A stretch of DNA of 64,000 nucleotides from Dehalococcoidia bacterium. GTDB taxonomy: Bacteria > Chloroflexota > Dehalococcoidia > SM23-28-2 > RBG-16-64-32. The notes under the pieces are model-generated. The model ran no database searches and had not been told where the DNA came from. It saw only the letters and a list, made by a program, of their open reading frames with translations. Positions 19,960 through 28,094 of this stretch are shown here, piece after piece. Each line of letters begins with the position of its first letter. Within the stretch, counting starts at the first letter, position 1. The DNA is taken from assembly GCA_034408935.1 (NCBI GenBank), contig DAOUMV010000025.1, positions 99,593-163,592 on the forward strand, read 5' to 3'. A program made the position numbers and the translations under genes.

Positions 19960-22749
19960 TTGGCCCGCACCTACGTTTCCCTGGATCTGGAGACGACCGG
20001 TCTCGACCCCCAGTCCGACGCGATTATCGAGATCGGTGCCGTCAGGTTCACCCGCGACAACGCGCTGGACCGCTTCTCCACCTTCGTGAACCCCCGCCGG
20101 CCGATACCGGAGCGCATCCAGGCCCTCACCGGCATCCGCCCGACAGACGTCCAAGACGCTCCTCCGCTGGAGACCGTGGCCCCGGACGTGGAGGCGTTCA
20201 TCGAGGGCTGTGTGCTCGTCGGCAGCAACTTCGTCGGCTTCGACGCGCCCATGCTGGACGCCAAGGGCATACGCCGCGGCCAGGAGATATACGATACTCG
20301 TGACCTCGCGAACCTGCTCCTGCCCGGCCTGCCCGACTACGGCCTGGCCGCGCTTGCGCGCCACTTCGAGATCGAGATGCCGACGCACCACCGGGCCCTT
20401 CCCGACGCCGAGACGACCCGCGAGGTGCTGCTGGCGCTGTTCGGCCACGCCGCCACCCTCCCGGCCGATCTCGTCTCCCAGGTCGCCGCATGGCTCGCCC
20501 CCACCACCCTGCCCTGGCGCAACTTCTTCCGCGAAGTGTCGGAGGACGTCGCGGCAGGCGCCGGGGCGGGTCGCAGCTTTGCCTTGCCTCGCTCCTCACC
20601 CCTGGAGCCGCTCCGTCCGGCCGAGCGCCGCCGGCCCGTCGACCCGCGGGATGCCCTGGCCGTCCTCGCCTCCGCCCGCGACCGTCCCGATGTGCTCCCC
20701 CAGTTCGAGGAGCGGCCCCAGCAGCAGGCCGCCCTGCGGGCCGTCCTTCAAGCCCTGAACGAGGGCCATCGCCTGCTGCTGGAGGCTGGCACCGGCATCG
20801 GCAAGTCACTCGCCTATCTGGTGCCCGCCGCACTCCAGGCCCGCGCCAACGGCAGCCGGGTGGTCGTCTCCACGGCGACCATCAACCTCCAGGAGCAGCT
20901 CACGGGCAAGGACATCCCGGCCCTGGAGGCGCTCCTGCCCCCGGACGGCGAGTTCATGGCCTGCCAGCTCAAGGGCCGCCGCAACTACCTCTGCCTGCGT
21001 CGTTTCCAGGCGCTGCGCGCCAGCCTCAACCTCACCGATGACGAAGCCCGAATCGCCTCCCGCATCCTCATCTGGCTCACCGAGACCGAAACCGGTGACC
21101 GCTCCCAACTGCGCCTCTCGCCGGGGGAAGATGCGCTCTGGCGCCGCCTCTGCGCCGAAGGCGCCGACTGCAACGCCGACAACAGCCCCTTCGTGGCGGA
21201 GGGGACGTGCTTCCTCCAGCGGGCCCGCCAGCGGGCCGAGGCAGCCCACCTGGTGGTGGTGAACCACGCTCTTCTCCTCTCGGACATCGCCCACGGGGGA
21301 CGCGTCCTGCCCCCTTACGACCATTTGATCATCGACGAGGCGCACCACCTGGAGGAGGAGGCCACCCGCCAGTTCGGCTTCTCGGCCGGGGAGCGGGAGC
21401 TAGCCGACCTTCTGGACCGCGGCGAGGCGCTGCGACGGGACGTGGCGGCAGCCCTGCGCGGCAGCACCGCCGCTCTCGGCCCGGGCGCCCGCCTGACCAG
21501 CGTCGCCGAGGCGGTCGCTCGTGCGGCCGCCGCCGCCCGCCCGCGGGTCACAGAGATGTCCTCGCAGTTGGGCGCCTTCCTCCAGGAGCACGCCTCCACC
21601 GACGCCAGCGGCGGGCAGCAGCCCCTCCTCCTCAACCGCGCAATGCGCGTGCAGCCGGACTGGCCGCGGGTGGAGATCGCCTGGGAGAACCTGCGCCTCG
21701 TCTTGCGCGACCTCACGTCGCTGCTGGAGGAGCTGGAGGACGCTCTGGCCGACAGCGCCGATCTAGGGCCCGTCAGCCTGGAACTGCTCCTGGCCGAGGT
21801 GGGAGCCCTAGCCCAGGAGACGATGGAGATGTGCGACGGCCTGGCCGCAGCCATCGAGCTGGATGACCCGCAGCGGATAGTCTGGCTGGAGCTGGACCGC
21901 CGCGAGGGATCGCCGCTGGTGGCGTCCGCCCCCCTGCGCGTGGACGAGACGCTGCGCCAGCGACTATACGAGGGACGACACTCCGTCGTCCTGACCGGGG
22001 CCACCCTGGCTGTGCAGAGCAGCTTCGACTACATGCGGGAGCGGCTGGGCCTGGAAGACGCCCACGAGCTGCTCTTGGACTCCCCCTTCGACTACGGGCG
22101 CGCGGCGCTGCTGCTGGTGCCCAGCGATATGCCGGAGCCCGACCGGCCTGACTACACCGATGCCCTCTCCCGCGCCCTGATCGACCTGGCGCGAGCCTCC
22201 GGCGGCCGCGCGCTGGTCCTGTTCACCTCCCACGCGGCTCTGCGCACCGTCTACGCCCTCGTCTCTAGGCCGCTCCAGGATGACGGCATCCGTGTTCTCG
22301 CTCAGGGGATCGATGGCTCGCCGCGACAGCTCGTACAGGCGCTGAGAGCCGACCCCGCCACCGTTATCCTGGGGACGGCCAGCTTCTGGGAGGGCGTGGA
22401 CATCGCCGGCGAGGCGCTGTCGCTTCTCGTCATCGCTCGCCTGCCCTTCAGCGTACCCACGGAGCCCGTGTTCGCCGCTCGCGCCAGCCAGTACGACGAC
22501 CCCTTCGGCCAGTACGCCGTTCCTCAGGCCGCGCTGCGCTTCAAGCAGGGGTTCGGGCGCCTCATCCGCAGCAGGAACGACCGCGGCGTGGCGGCGGTTC
22601 TCGATCGGCGGATCATGAGCAAGGCCTACGGCTCCACGTTCCTGGACTCCCTGCCGCCGTGCGACGTGCGCGAGGCAGCCCTGCGGGAGATGCCGGCCCT
22701 GACCGCAGCCTGGCTCAAGAGAACGTCCGATGAAGCCTCACTGTCGTAG
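19960..22749 (+). CDS. dinG: Fusion of a DnaQ-like 3'-5' exonuclease with an ATP-dependent helicase DinG
   Basis: N-terminal exonuclease motif I YVSLDLETTGLDPQSDAIIEIGAV. Helicase motif I LLEAGTGIGKSLAYL, a DEAH box (IIDEAHHL) and C-terminal helicase motifs. TTG start at 19960. Confidence 0.85.
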   Translation: MARTYVSLDLETTGLDPQSDAIIEIGAVRFTRDNALDRFSTFVNPRRPIPERIQALTGIRPTDVQDAPPLETVAPDVEAFIEGCVLVGSNFVGFDAPMLDAKGIRRGQEIYDTRDLANLLLPGLPDYGLAALARHFEIEMPTHHRALPDAETTREVLLALFGHAATLPADLVSQVAAWLAPTTLPWRNFFREVSEDVAAGAGAGRSFALPRSSPLEPLRPAERRRPVDPRDALAVLASARDRPDVLPQFEERPQQQAALRAVLQALNEGHRLLLEAGTGIGKSLAYLVPAALQARANGSRVVVSTATINLQEQLTGKDIPALEALLPPDGEFMACQLKGRRNYLCLRRFQALRASLNLTDDEARIASRILIWLTETETGDRSQLRLSPGEDALWRRLCAEGADCNADNSPFVAEGTCFLQRARQRAEAAHLVVVNHALLLSDIAHGGRVLPPYDHLIIDEAHHLEEEATRQFGFSAGERELADLLDRGEALRRDVAAALRGSTAALGPGARLTSVAEAVARAAAAARPRVTEMSSQLGAFLQEHASTDASGGQQPLLLNRAMRVQPDWPRVEIAWENLRLVLRDLTSLLEELEDALADSADLGPVSLELLLAEVGALAQETMEMCDGLAAAIELDDPQRIVWLELDRREGSPLVASAPLRVDETLRQRLYEGRHSVVLTGATLAVQSSFDYMRERLGLEDAHELLLDSPFDYGRAALLLVPSDMPEPDRPDYTDALSRALIDLARASGGRALVLFTSHAALRTVYALVSRPLQDDGIRVLAQGIDGSPRQLVQALRADPATVILGTASFWEGVDIAGEALSLLVIARLPFSVPTEPVFAARASQYDDPFGQYAVPQAALRFKQGFGRLIRSRNDRGVAAVLDRRIMSKAYGSTFLDSLPPCDVREAALREMPALTAAWLKRTSDEASLS

Positions 22750-22756
22750 ACCGCGC

Positions 22757-23188
22757 GTGTCTTTGCGTCGCCTCAGTGATGACGATGTCCGGGCGGTGTC
22801 ATGGCTGCACGAAGCGTTGCTCGACCCTGACGGCGACGCGCTGGTCATCACTCGCGGTGGGGAACTGGTTGGGGCGCTGCAACACCGGGTGGGCGAGCCG
22901 CAGCGCGGCTGGCTGGCCTTTCGCTCAGTGGCCGTACAGCCACAGCTCCGAGGACTGGGGGTGGACTCGGAGGCCGTGCGGCTGGTGGAAGACGATGCGC
23001 TTGAGCGGGGACTGGCGCACCGCTTCTGGGCCGCCGTTCGCCACGACGACGGGTTGGCGTTCTACTTCTGGCTCAGGCTGGGCTACCGGCCGGCCAAGCC
23101 AGGCGAGGATTTCTGGCCAAGAGGCTCCGGCCACGGTATCATCTGCATGCTGCGAGTTGGCGGAGACCAGACCGCAAGGGGGCGATGA
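22757..23188 (+). CDS. GNAT-family N-acetyltransferase
   Basis: Acetyl-CoA binding motif VQPQLRGLGVDSEAV. GTG start just after the dinG stop. Confidence 0.5.
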   Translation: MSLRRLSDDDVRAVSWLHEALLDPDGDALVITRGGELVGALQHRVGEPQRGWLAFRSVAVQPQLRGLGVDSEAVRLVEDDALERGLAHRFWAAVRHDDGLAFYFWLRLGYRPAKPGEDFWPRGSGHGIICMLRVGGDQTARGR

Positions 23189-23189
23189 T

Positions 23190-24194
23190 GTGCCGGTAGA
23201 CGTGACAGCCCTGGCGAAAGGCGCCGCCTTTCGCGTCGTGTTGGTCCTGTCGTTCTTGTGGCCGCTCAGCATAGGAGTGCTGGACATCGCCGAAGGCAGC
23301 GATGTCTGGCTAACGGTACTCGGGCTCGTTGCCCCGTGGGCGTGCGTGCTCATTGCGGCTCTGGTCGTACGTTTGGACAGCGGTGTAGGCTTGGTGGCGG
23401 CCGTTCTGGGGGGTCTGGGGTGGGGCATTGCGGGCGCAGTGGCTTTCTTCTTCGGGGCGCTCGCCTACGCAATTGGATCGGGGGCTCGGGTGGGAGGCGG
23501 GGACGCAGGGGGTTGGATGGCGATCTGGGGGCTGATCATATGCGGAGGAGCCGGCGGTGCAGTGGGAGCGGCGTGCGGAGCAGTTGCCTGGGCTCTGAAG
23601 CTAGGCCTCGCCGCAAGGATCAGGGTGGTGCGTTTAGCGTTCATGTGCGCCACGGCTGTTGTCGGCGTTGGTGGAACATCGGCGGGAGTGGCGTTGGCCA
23701 TCCTGGACGATGACGAAGGGGATGATACGGAAGGTTGGACGGTTGAGGATGCCCGAGAGTTTGAAGACTTCTCCCTGTACTGGGTCGGAGAGAGCTATGA
23801 AGGGTTGCCTCTCAACAGAATCATTCCCTACGGCTATGACACGGAACCACCCAACCCGCCGGAGGAGGCGGAATACTCGATCAGTTTCATATATGAGGAC
23901 CGCGGCCCAGGACCTGAGGAGGGCTGTCCTGTTTCGCTTACCGTTAGGGTGGAACCTTGTCGCATGAATCGGCCGGGGCGGTTTGCGCCCAGCGTGAGAG
24001 GCGGGCCCTTCGAGATCCGCGAGGCGCGGGCAGAGTACGTGTCCGGCGACCTTCGTATCTGGACTGGGAATGTCTACATATCCATCTTCGCTGTTTGCGT
24101 GTCGGACATGGAGGTTGCAGATCAGTTGAGACTTGTGAGCGAAGGCCCTGAGGGAGCCCTGAAGCCGCTGGGGCCGCCAGACCCTGGTTGCTGA
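23190..24194 (+). CDS. Hypothetical membrane protein: Gly-rich multi-TM N-terminal half plus an acidic soluble C-terminal domain
   Basis: GTG start with a GGGGG RBS. It overlaps the GNAT stop (ATGATGTG). About 5 TM helices (GLGWGIAGAVAFFFGALAYAIG...). The C-terminal domain has no recognisable motifs. Confidence 0.5.
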   Translation: MPVDVTALAKGAAFRVVLVLSFLWPLSIGVLDIAEGSDVWLTVLGLVAPWACVLIAALVVRLDSGVGLVAAVLGGLGWGIAGAVAFFFGALAYAIGSGARVGGGDAGGWMAIWGLIICGGAGGAVGAACGAVAWALKLGLAARIRVVRLAFMCATAVVGVGGTSAGVALAILDDDEGDDTEGWTVEDAREFEDFSLYWVGESYEGLPLNRIIPYGYDTEPPNPPEEAEYSISFIYEDRGPGPEEGCPVSLTVRVEPCRMNRPGRFAPSVRGGPFEIREARAEYVSGDLRIWTGNVYISIFAVCVSDMEVADQLRLVSEGPEGALKPLGPPDPGC

Positions 24195-24212
24195 CAGACC
24201 GCAAGGAGCGCC

Positions 24213-25565
24213 ATGGACGACATCTTCCACCACATCGACGACCACCTGGACGAGTCCATCGCGCTGCTCACGGAGCTGTGCAAGCTGCCCAGCGTAAGCG
24301 CCCAGAACAGGGCGATCTCTGAGACGGCGGAGCATGTGGCCGGCCTGCTGCGCGACTTGGGGTTGCAGGCGCGGATCATGCCGAAACCTGCTGGCGGCCA
24401 CCCCGTCGTCTACGCGGAGCAAGCCGGCAGTTCGCCGCGCACGCTGCTCTTCTACGACCACTACGACGTGCAGCCGCCGGAGCCGCTGGAGCTGTGGTCG
24501 TCGCCGCCCTTCGAGCTCACCCTGCGCGACGGCAAGCTGTACGGCCGCGGCGTGTGCGACAACAAGGGCAACATCGCCGCCCGCCTGGCCGCCCTGCGGG
24601 CCTGGAAGGAGGTCCGCGGGGAGCTGCCCTGCGCCGTCAAGTTCTGCATCGAGGGCGACGAGGAGATCGGCAGTCCTCATATGGAGGAGTTCGTGGAGGA
24701 GCGCTCAGAGCTCCTGGCTGCCGACGCCTGTGTCTGGGAGGGCGGCGGCGTCACGTGGGAAGGCATCCCTCAGCTCGTTCTCGGCGTGAAGGGGCTGCTC
24801 TACGTGGAGCTGGAGGCGAACACCGTGGGCCGCGACGCCCACTCCTCCTACGGCACGGTTCTGCCCAACGCGGCCTGGCGCCTCGCCTGGGCCCTGGCCT
24901 CGATCAAGGGGCCGGACGAACGAGTGCTCATCGACGGCTTCTACGACAGCGTGCGGCCGGCCACACCGGAGGAGCGAGCCGCGGTGGAGGTGATGCCCTC
25001 GGAGGAGGGGGAAACCCTGAGGTCGTACGGGGTCGAGGAGGCGCTGACGGGGGTGCGCGGCGTGGACTACCGCCTGCGCCACCTGTTCGAGCCCACGGCC
25101 ACTATCGACGGCCTCACGTCGGGCTACGAGGGTGAGGGTGCGAAGACGGTCCTGCCAGCGCGGGCGATGGCCAAGATGGACTTCCGCCTGGTTCCCGACC
25201 AGCACCCGGACGACATCTTGGCCACGCTTCGGCGGCATCTGAACTCCCGCGGCTTCGGCGACATAACGGTGCGGCGCCTCAGCGCCGAGCGGCCCGCACG
25301 CACGCCGGTCACCGACCCGTTTGTCGAGGTGGTACGCCAGGCGGTGCGGGACATCTACGGCCGGGAGGCGATCATCGTGCCATCGATGGCGGGAACGGGC
25401 CCGCTATACCCATTCGTGGCCACGCTGGGCCTGCCGTCGGCCGACATCGGCATTGGCTATCCGGAGGCCCGTATCCACGCTCCGGACGAGAACATCCGCA
25501 TCGAGGACTTCCGGCGAGGCACGAAGGCGATAGCGGCGCTGCTGGGGCGGTTTGGGGAGGGGTAA
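24213..25565 (+). CDS. M20-family metallopeptidase (dipeptidase / ArgE-DapE-like)
   Basis: LLFYDHYDVQP, GRGVCDNKGNIAARL and CIEGDEEIGS are metal-ligand motifs of M20 enzymes. Confidence 0.85.
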   Translation: MDDIFHHIDDHLDESIALLTELCKLPSVSAQNRAISETAEHVAGLLRDLGLQARIMPKPAGGHPVVYAEQAGSSPRTLLFYDHYDVQPPEPLELWSSPPFELTLRDGKLYGRGVCDNKGNIAARLAALRAWKEVRGELPCAVKFCIEGDEEIGSPHMEEFVEERSELLAADACVWEGGGVTWEGIPQLVLGVKGLLYVELEANTVGRDAHSSYGTVLPNAAWRLAWALASIKGPDERVLIDGFYDSVRPATPEERAAVEVMPSEEGETLRSYGVEEALTGVRGVDYRLRHLFEPTATIDGLTSGYEGEGAKTVLPARAMAKMDFRLVPDQHPDDILATLRRHLNSRGFGDITVRRLSAERPARTPVTDPFVEVVRQAVRDIYGREAIIVPSMAGTGPLYPFVATLGLPSADIGIGYPEARIHAPDENIRIEDFRRGTKAIAALLGRFGEG

Positions 25566-25721
25566 GCGTACGCGGGAAGTGGAGCGGGAGCCGACTGCAC
25601 AGCGAGCGGCTAGCTTCGGATGGCGACGATAACGGTGGCTCGCCCCGCCCCAGATTCCTTCGCGGCAGACGCTGGATCCGCGGGCGGGCGTAGTCGGCGC
25701 TCAGAATGACGGAGGGGGCGG

Positions 25722-25970
25722 CTAATGGCCTTCGCCCACGGGCGGCTCTCCCTCGCCGCCGGGCGTGGCCTCTCGGCCGAGGCAGTTGAAGCAGGCGAAG
25801 CGCAGGGATAGGTCCTGCTCGTCGATCCAGACGTCGCCGCAATCCTTCCCGTCCACATCGTTGCGCAGGTTCAGGTGGAACGGTTGGTCGCAGACGATGC
25901 AGACGGCAGAGCCGGACTCCTGGGCGGTTTCCCCACAGACCGTGCAGGTTGCCTCTACAGTTCCCGTCAT
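25722..25970 (-). CDS. Small zinc-ribbon protein (82 aa)
   Basis: CTVCGE...CIVCD pairs of CxxC plus additional Cys. GGGGA RBS. Its start overlaps the stop of the upstream cca gene (ATGA). Confidence 0.45.
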   Translation of the reverse strand: MTGTVEATCTVCGETAQESGSAVCIVCDQPFHLNLRNDVDGKDCGDVWIDEQDLSLRFACFNCLGREATPGGEGEPPVGEGH

Positions 25971-27220
25971 CCGCGTTTCCCCAGCCGTAGCAGGGCACGG
26001 GCCATCCTCTCTTCGTCCCGACGGGAGCGCACTTCGCCGTCCAGCCTGGCGGTCTTCAGGCGTCGCAGTGCCTGGCCCAGCCGGGGCCCCTCGCGGGCGC
26101 CCATGGCCAGCAGGGCGCCGCCATCCAGCGACGGCTTCAGGTAGCGCCACCGGCGCAGGTAGCGCAGCGCCTGTTGCCGGGCCCGGCCTTGGGCCGACGC
26201 TGCCAGCGCCCACACCGAGGCCGGCGGAAGGGGTGACAGGAGCTCCACGGCTCGGCTGGGCTTCACCTGCCGCGATAGCGCTCGCTTGAGGGCCATCGCC
26301 TCGGGAGCGGCGCGCACGGCCTCCGTGTCTCGTTTGGCAAGGGCCAGACGGGTGGCGAGGGCCGCGGCCTGCGGCGGTGAGAGGCCCCACGCCAGCAGGG
26401 CGAGGTACGCCGTGGCCGGGGGCTCGTCCCGTACCTCCCGCAGCCAGGCGAACGCCCTCGCGCGACGGCTGTCGAAGGAGAGGGCGGGATGGATGGCGGC
26501 CAGCGCGCCCAGCCGCTGCAGGCGCAGGAGGATGCTCTCCGGCTGAGGCTCGCGCAGGGCGCGGGCCAACTCCTCGCGGATCCTGGGCCCGCTGATGGTG
26601 TCCAGGTAGCCGACGTCTCGCTTAAGCCAGCGCAGGGTACAACGCTCCAGGCGGAAGGCCAGTCGCGATTCGTAGCGGGCGCCCCGCAGGATGCGGGTGG
26701 CGTCGTCTTGGAAGCTGGCCTCGTACAGGACGCGGAGGAGCCCGGCCTTCAGGTCGGCCCTGCCCCTGAAGGGATCGACAACGTCGCCGGCTTGGCTGCC
26801 GGTCAGCGCCAGGGCCATAGCGTTCACCGTGAAGTCGCGGCGGGACAGGTCATCACGGAGGGAGCCCGGGCGGACGGAAGGCAAGGCCCCCGGCCGCCGA
26901 TAGGTCTCCCCGCGGGCTGTGGCCACATCCAGGCGGAAGCTGCTGCCCTTGAGCGTCGCCGTCCGGAAGGCGCTGTGGATCAGGCATCGTACACCCGGCA
27001 GGCCCGAAGCCACCCGCTGGGCTAGGGTGGGAGCGTCCCCCTCCAGCGTCAGGTCCACGTCGAGGGTGGGACGGCTCAGCAGAAGGTCTCGAACGCTCCC
27101 GCCGACGAGATAGAGAGCGATTCCGTCAGCTTTCGCAGAGTTGGTGATGGCCGTCATGGCTGTGCGCGCCTCGGCTGGCACCGCGCGTGTGAGATTAACG
27201 ATAAGGTTTGCCTCGGCCAT
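25967..27220 (-). CDS. cca: tRNA nucleotidyltransferase (CCA-adding enzyme) / poly(A) polymerase family
   Basis: Head-domain motif LYLVGGSVRDLLL, then DLSRRDFTVNAMA. HD-less bacterial type. Confidence 0.8.
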   Translation of the reverse strand: MAEANLIVNLTRAVPAEARTAMTAITNSAKADGIALYLVGGSVRDLLLSRPTLDVDLTLEGDAPTLAQRVASGLPGVRCLIHSAFRTATLKGSSFRLDVATARGETYRRPGALPSVRPGSLRDDLSRRDFTVNAMALALTGSQAGDVVDPFRGRADLKAGLLRVLYEASFQDDATRILRGARYESRLAFRLERCTLRWLKRDVGYLDTISGPRIREELARALREPQPESILLRLQRLGALAAIHPALSFDSRRARAFAWLREVRDEPPATAYLALLAWGLSPPQAAALATRLALAKRDTEAVRAAPEAMALKRALSRQVKPSRAVELLSPLPPASVWALAASAQGRARQQALRYLRRWRYLKPSLDGGALLAMGAREGPRLGQALRRLKTARLDGEVRSRRDEERMARALLRLGKRG

Positions 27221-27373
27221 ATTGGGCACCGCCGCCTATTATAAGCCGTCGCCTTGACACTCTGTTCAGGCGACCCCTAACATGGTGTGAAAGTCAGGCG
27301 CGCCCCTCGCATGTGCCTCCCTCTATAGGGACATGTAGGTCGCCCTGTTTCTACCGTTTAGGTTAGCCATCAC

Positions 27374-28087
27374 ATGACCACCGTCACGAAGCGCAAGGGG
27401 CCCACCAGTCTTCTAAAATCAGTAGGCATCGACTTTCGACATCGCGCTCTGCTGGAGCAGGCGCTCGTACACCGGTCCTACCTCAACGAGGCACCCGAGC
27501 TGGAGCTGGAATCCAACGAGCGGATGGAGTTCCTTGGCGACGCCGTACTGGGGCTAGTCATTTCGGAGCGGCTGTACCGGGACTATCCGGGCCTCAGCGA
27601 AGGCCAGCTCAGCCAGATACGGGCGCTGCTCGTGCGCTGGGATACTCTGGCCCAGGCCGCCGAGCGCATCTCCCTCGGGGATCACCTGATGCTCGGCCGC
27701 GGCGAGGAGATGTCCGGCGGCCGCACTCGTCCCTCCAACCTGGCCGGCGCGCTGGAGGCACTTATCGGCGCCGCATTTCTGGATAGCGGCGTGACCAAGG
27801 CCCGGCGGCTAGTGTTGCATCTGCTCGAGCCGGAGCTAGAGCAGGTCGCTGCGGGCGCCATCGCCGTGGACAGCAAGTCGCGCCTCCAGCAGGTGGTGCA
27901 GGCCCGCTGGCATGAAATACCCAAGTACCGTCTCGTATCGTCTGTAGGCCCGGACCACGCGAAGACCTTCACGGTGGAGGTGCTCGTACACAGCGAGGTG
28001 CTGGGCTGTGGAAAGGGTCACAACAAGAAGCAGGCGGAATTAGCGGCCGCCCGGCAGGCCCTGGAGGCCTTGGCCTCTTCGGATTGA
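27374..28087 (+). CDS. rnc: Ribonuclease III
   Basis: RNase III signature ERMEFLGDAVLGLVISERLY plus a C-terminal dsRBD. Confidence 0.9.
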   Translation: MTTVTKRKGPTSLLKSVGIDFRHRALLEQALVHRSYLNEAPELELESNERMEFLGDAVLGLVISERLYRDYPGLSEGQLSQIRALLVRWDTLAQAAERISLGDHLMLGRGEEMSGGRTRPSNLAGALEALIGAAFLDSGVTKARRLVLHLLEPELEQVAAGAIAVDSKSRLQQVVQARWHEIPKYRLVSSVGPDHAKTFTVEVLVHSEVLGCGKGHNKKQAELAAARQALEALASSD

Positions 28088-28094
28088 CGTCCTT

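Noticed and set aside
20198-22004. Long Arg/Pro/Gly-rich ORFs in alternative frames of dinG
   Set aside because: Shadow ORFs of a GC-rich gene. dinG motifs are continuous in the +1 frame from 19960 to 22749.
22776-23189. W-rich N-terminal 138 codons of the 472-aa ORF 22776-24194
   Set aside because: Out-of-frame overlap with the GNAT gene. Composition (W/R/S/G) is typical of a shadow frame. The gene more plausibly starts at GTG 23190 with a GGGGG RBS.
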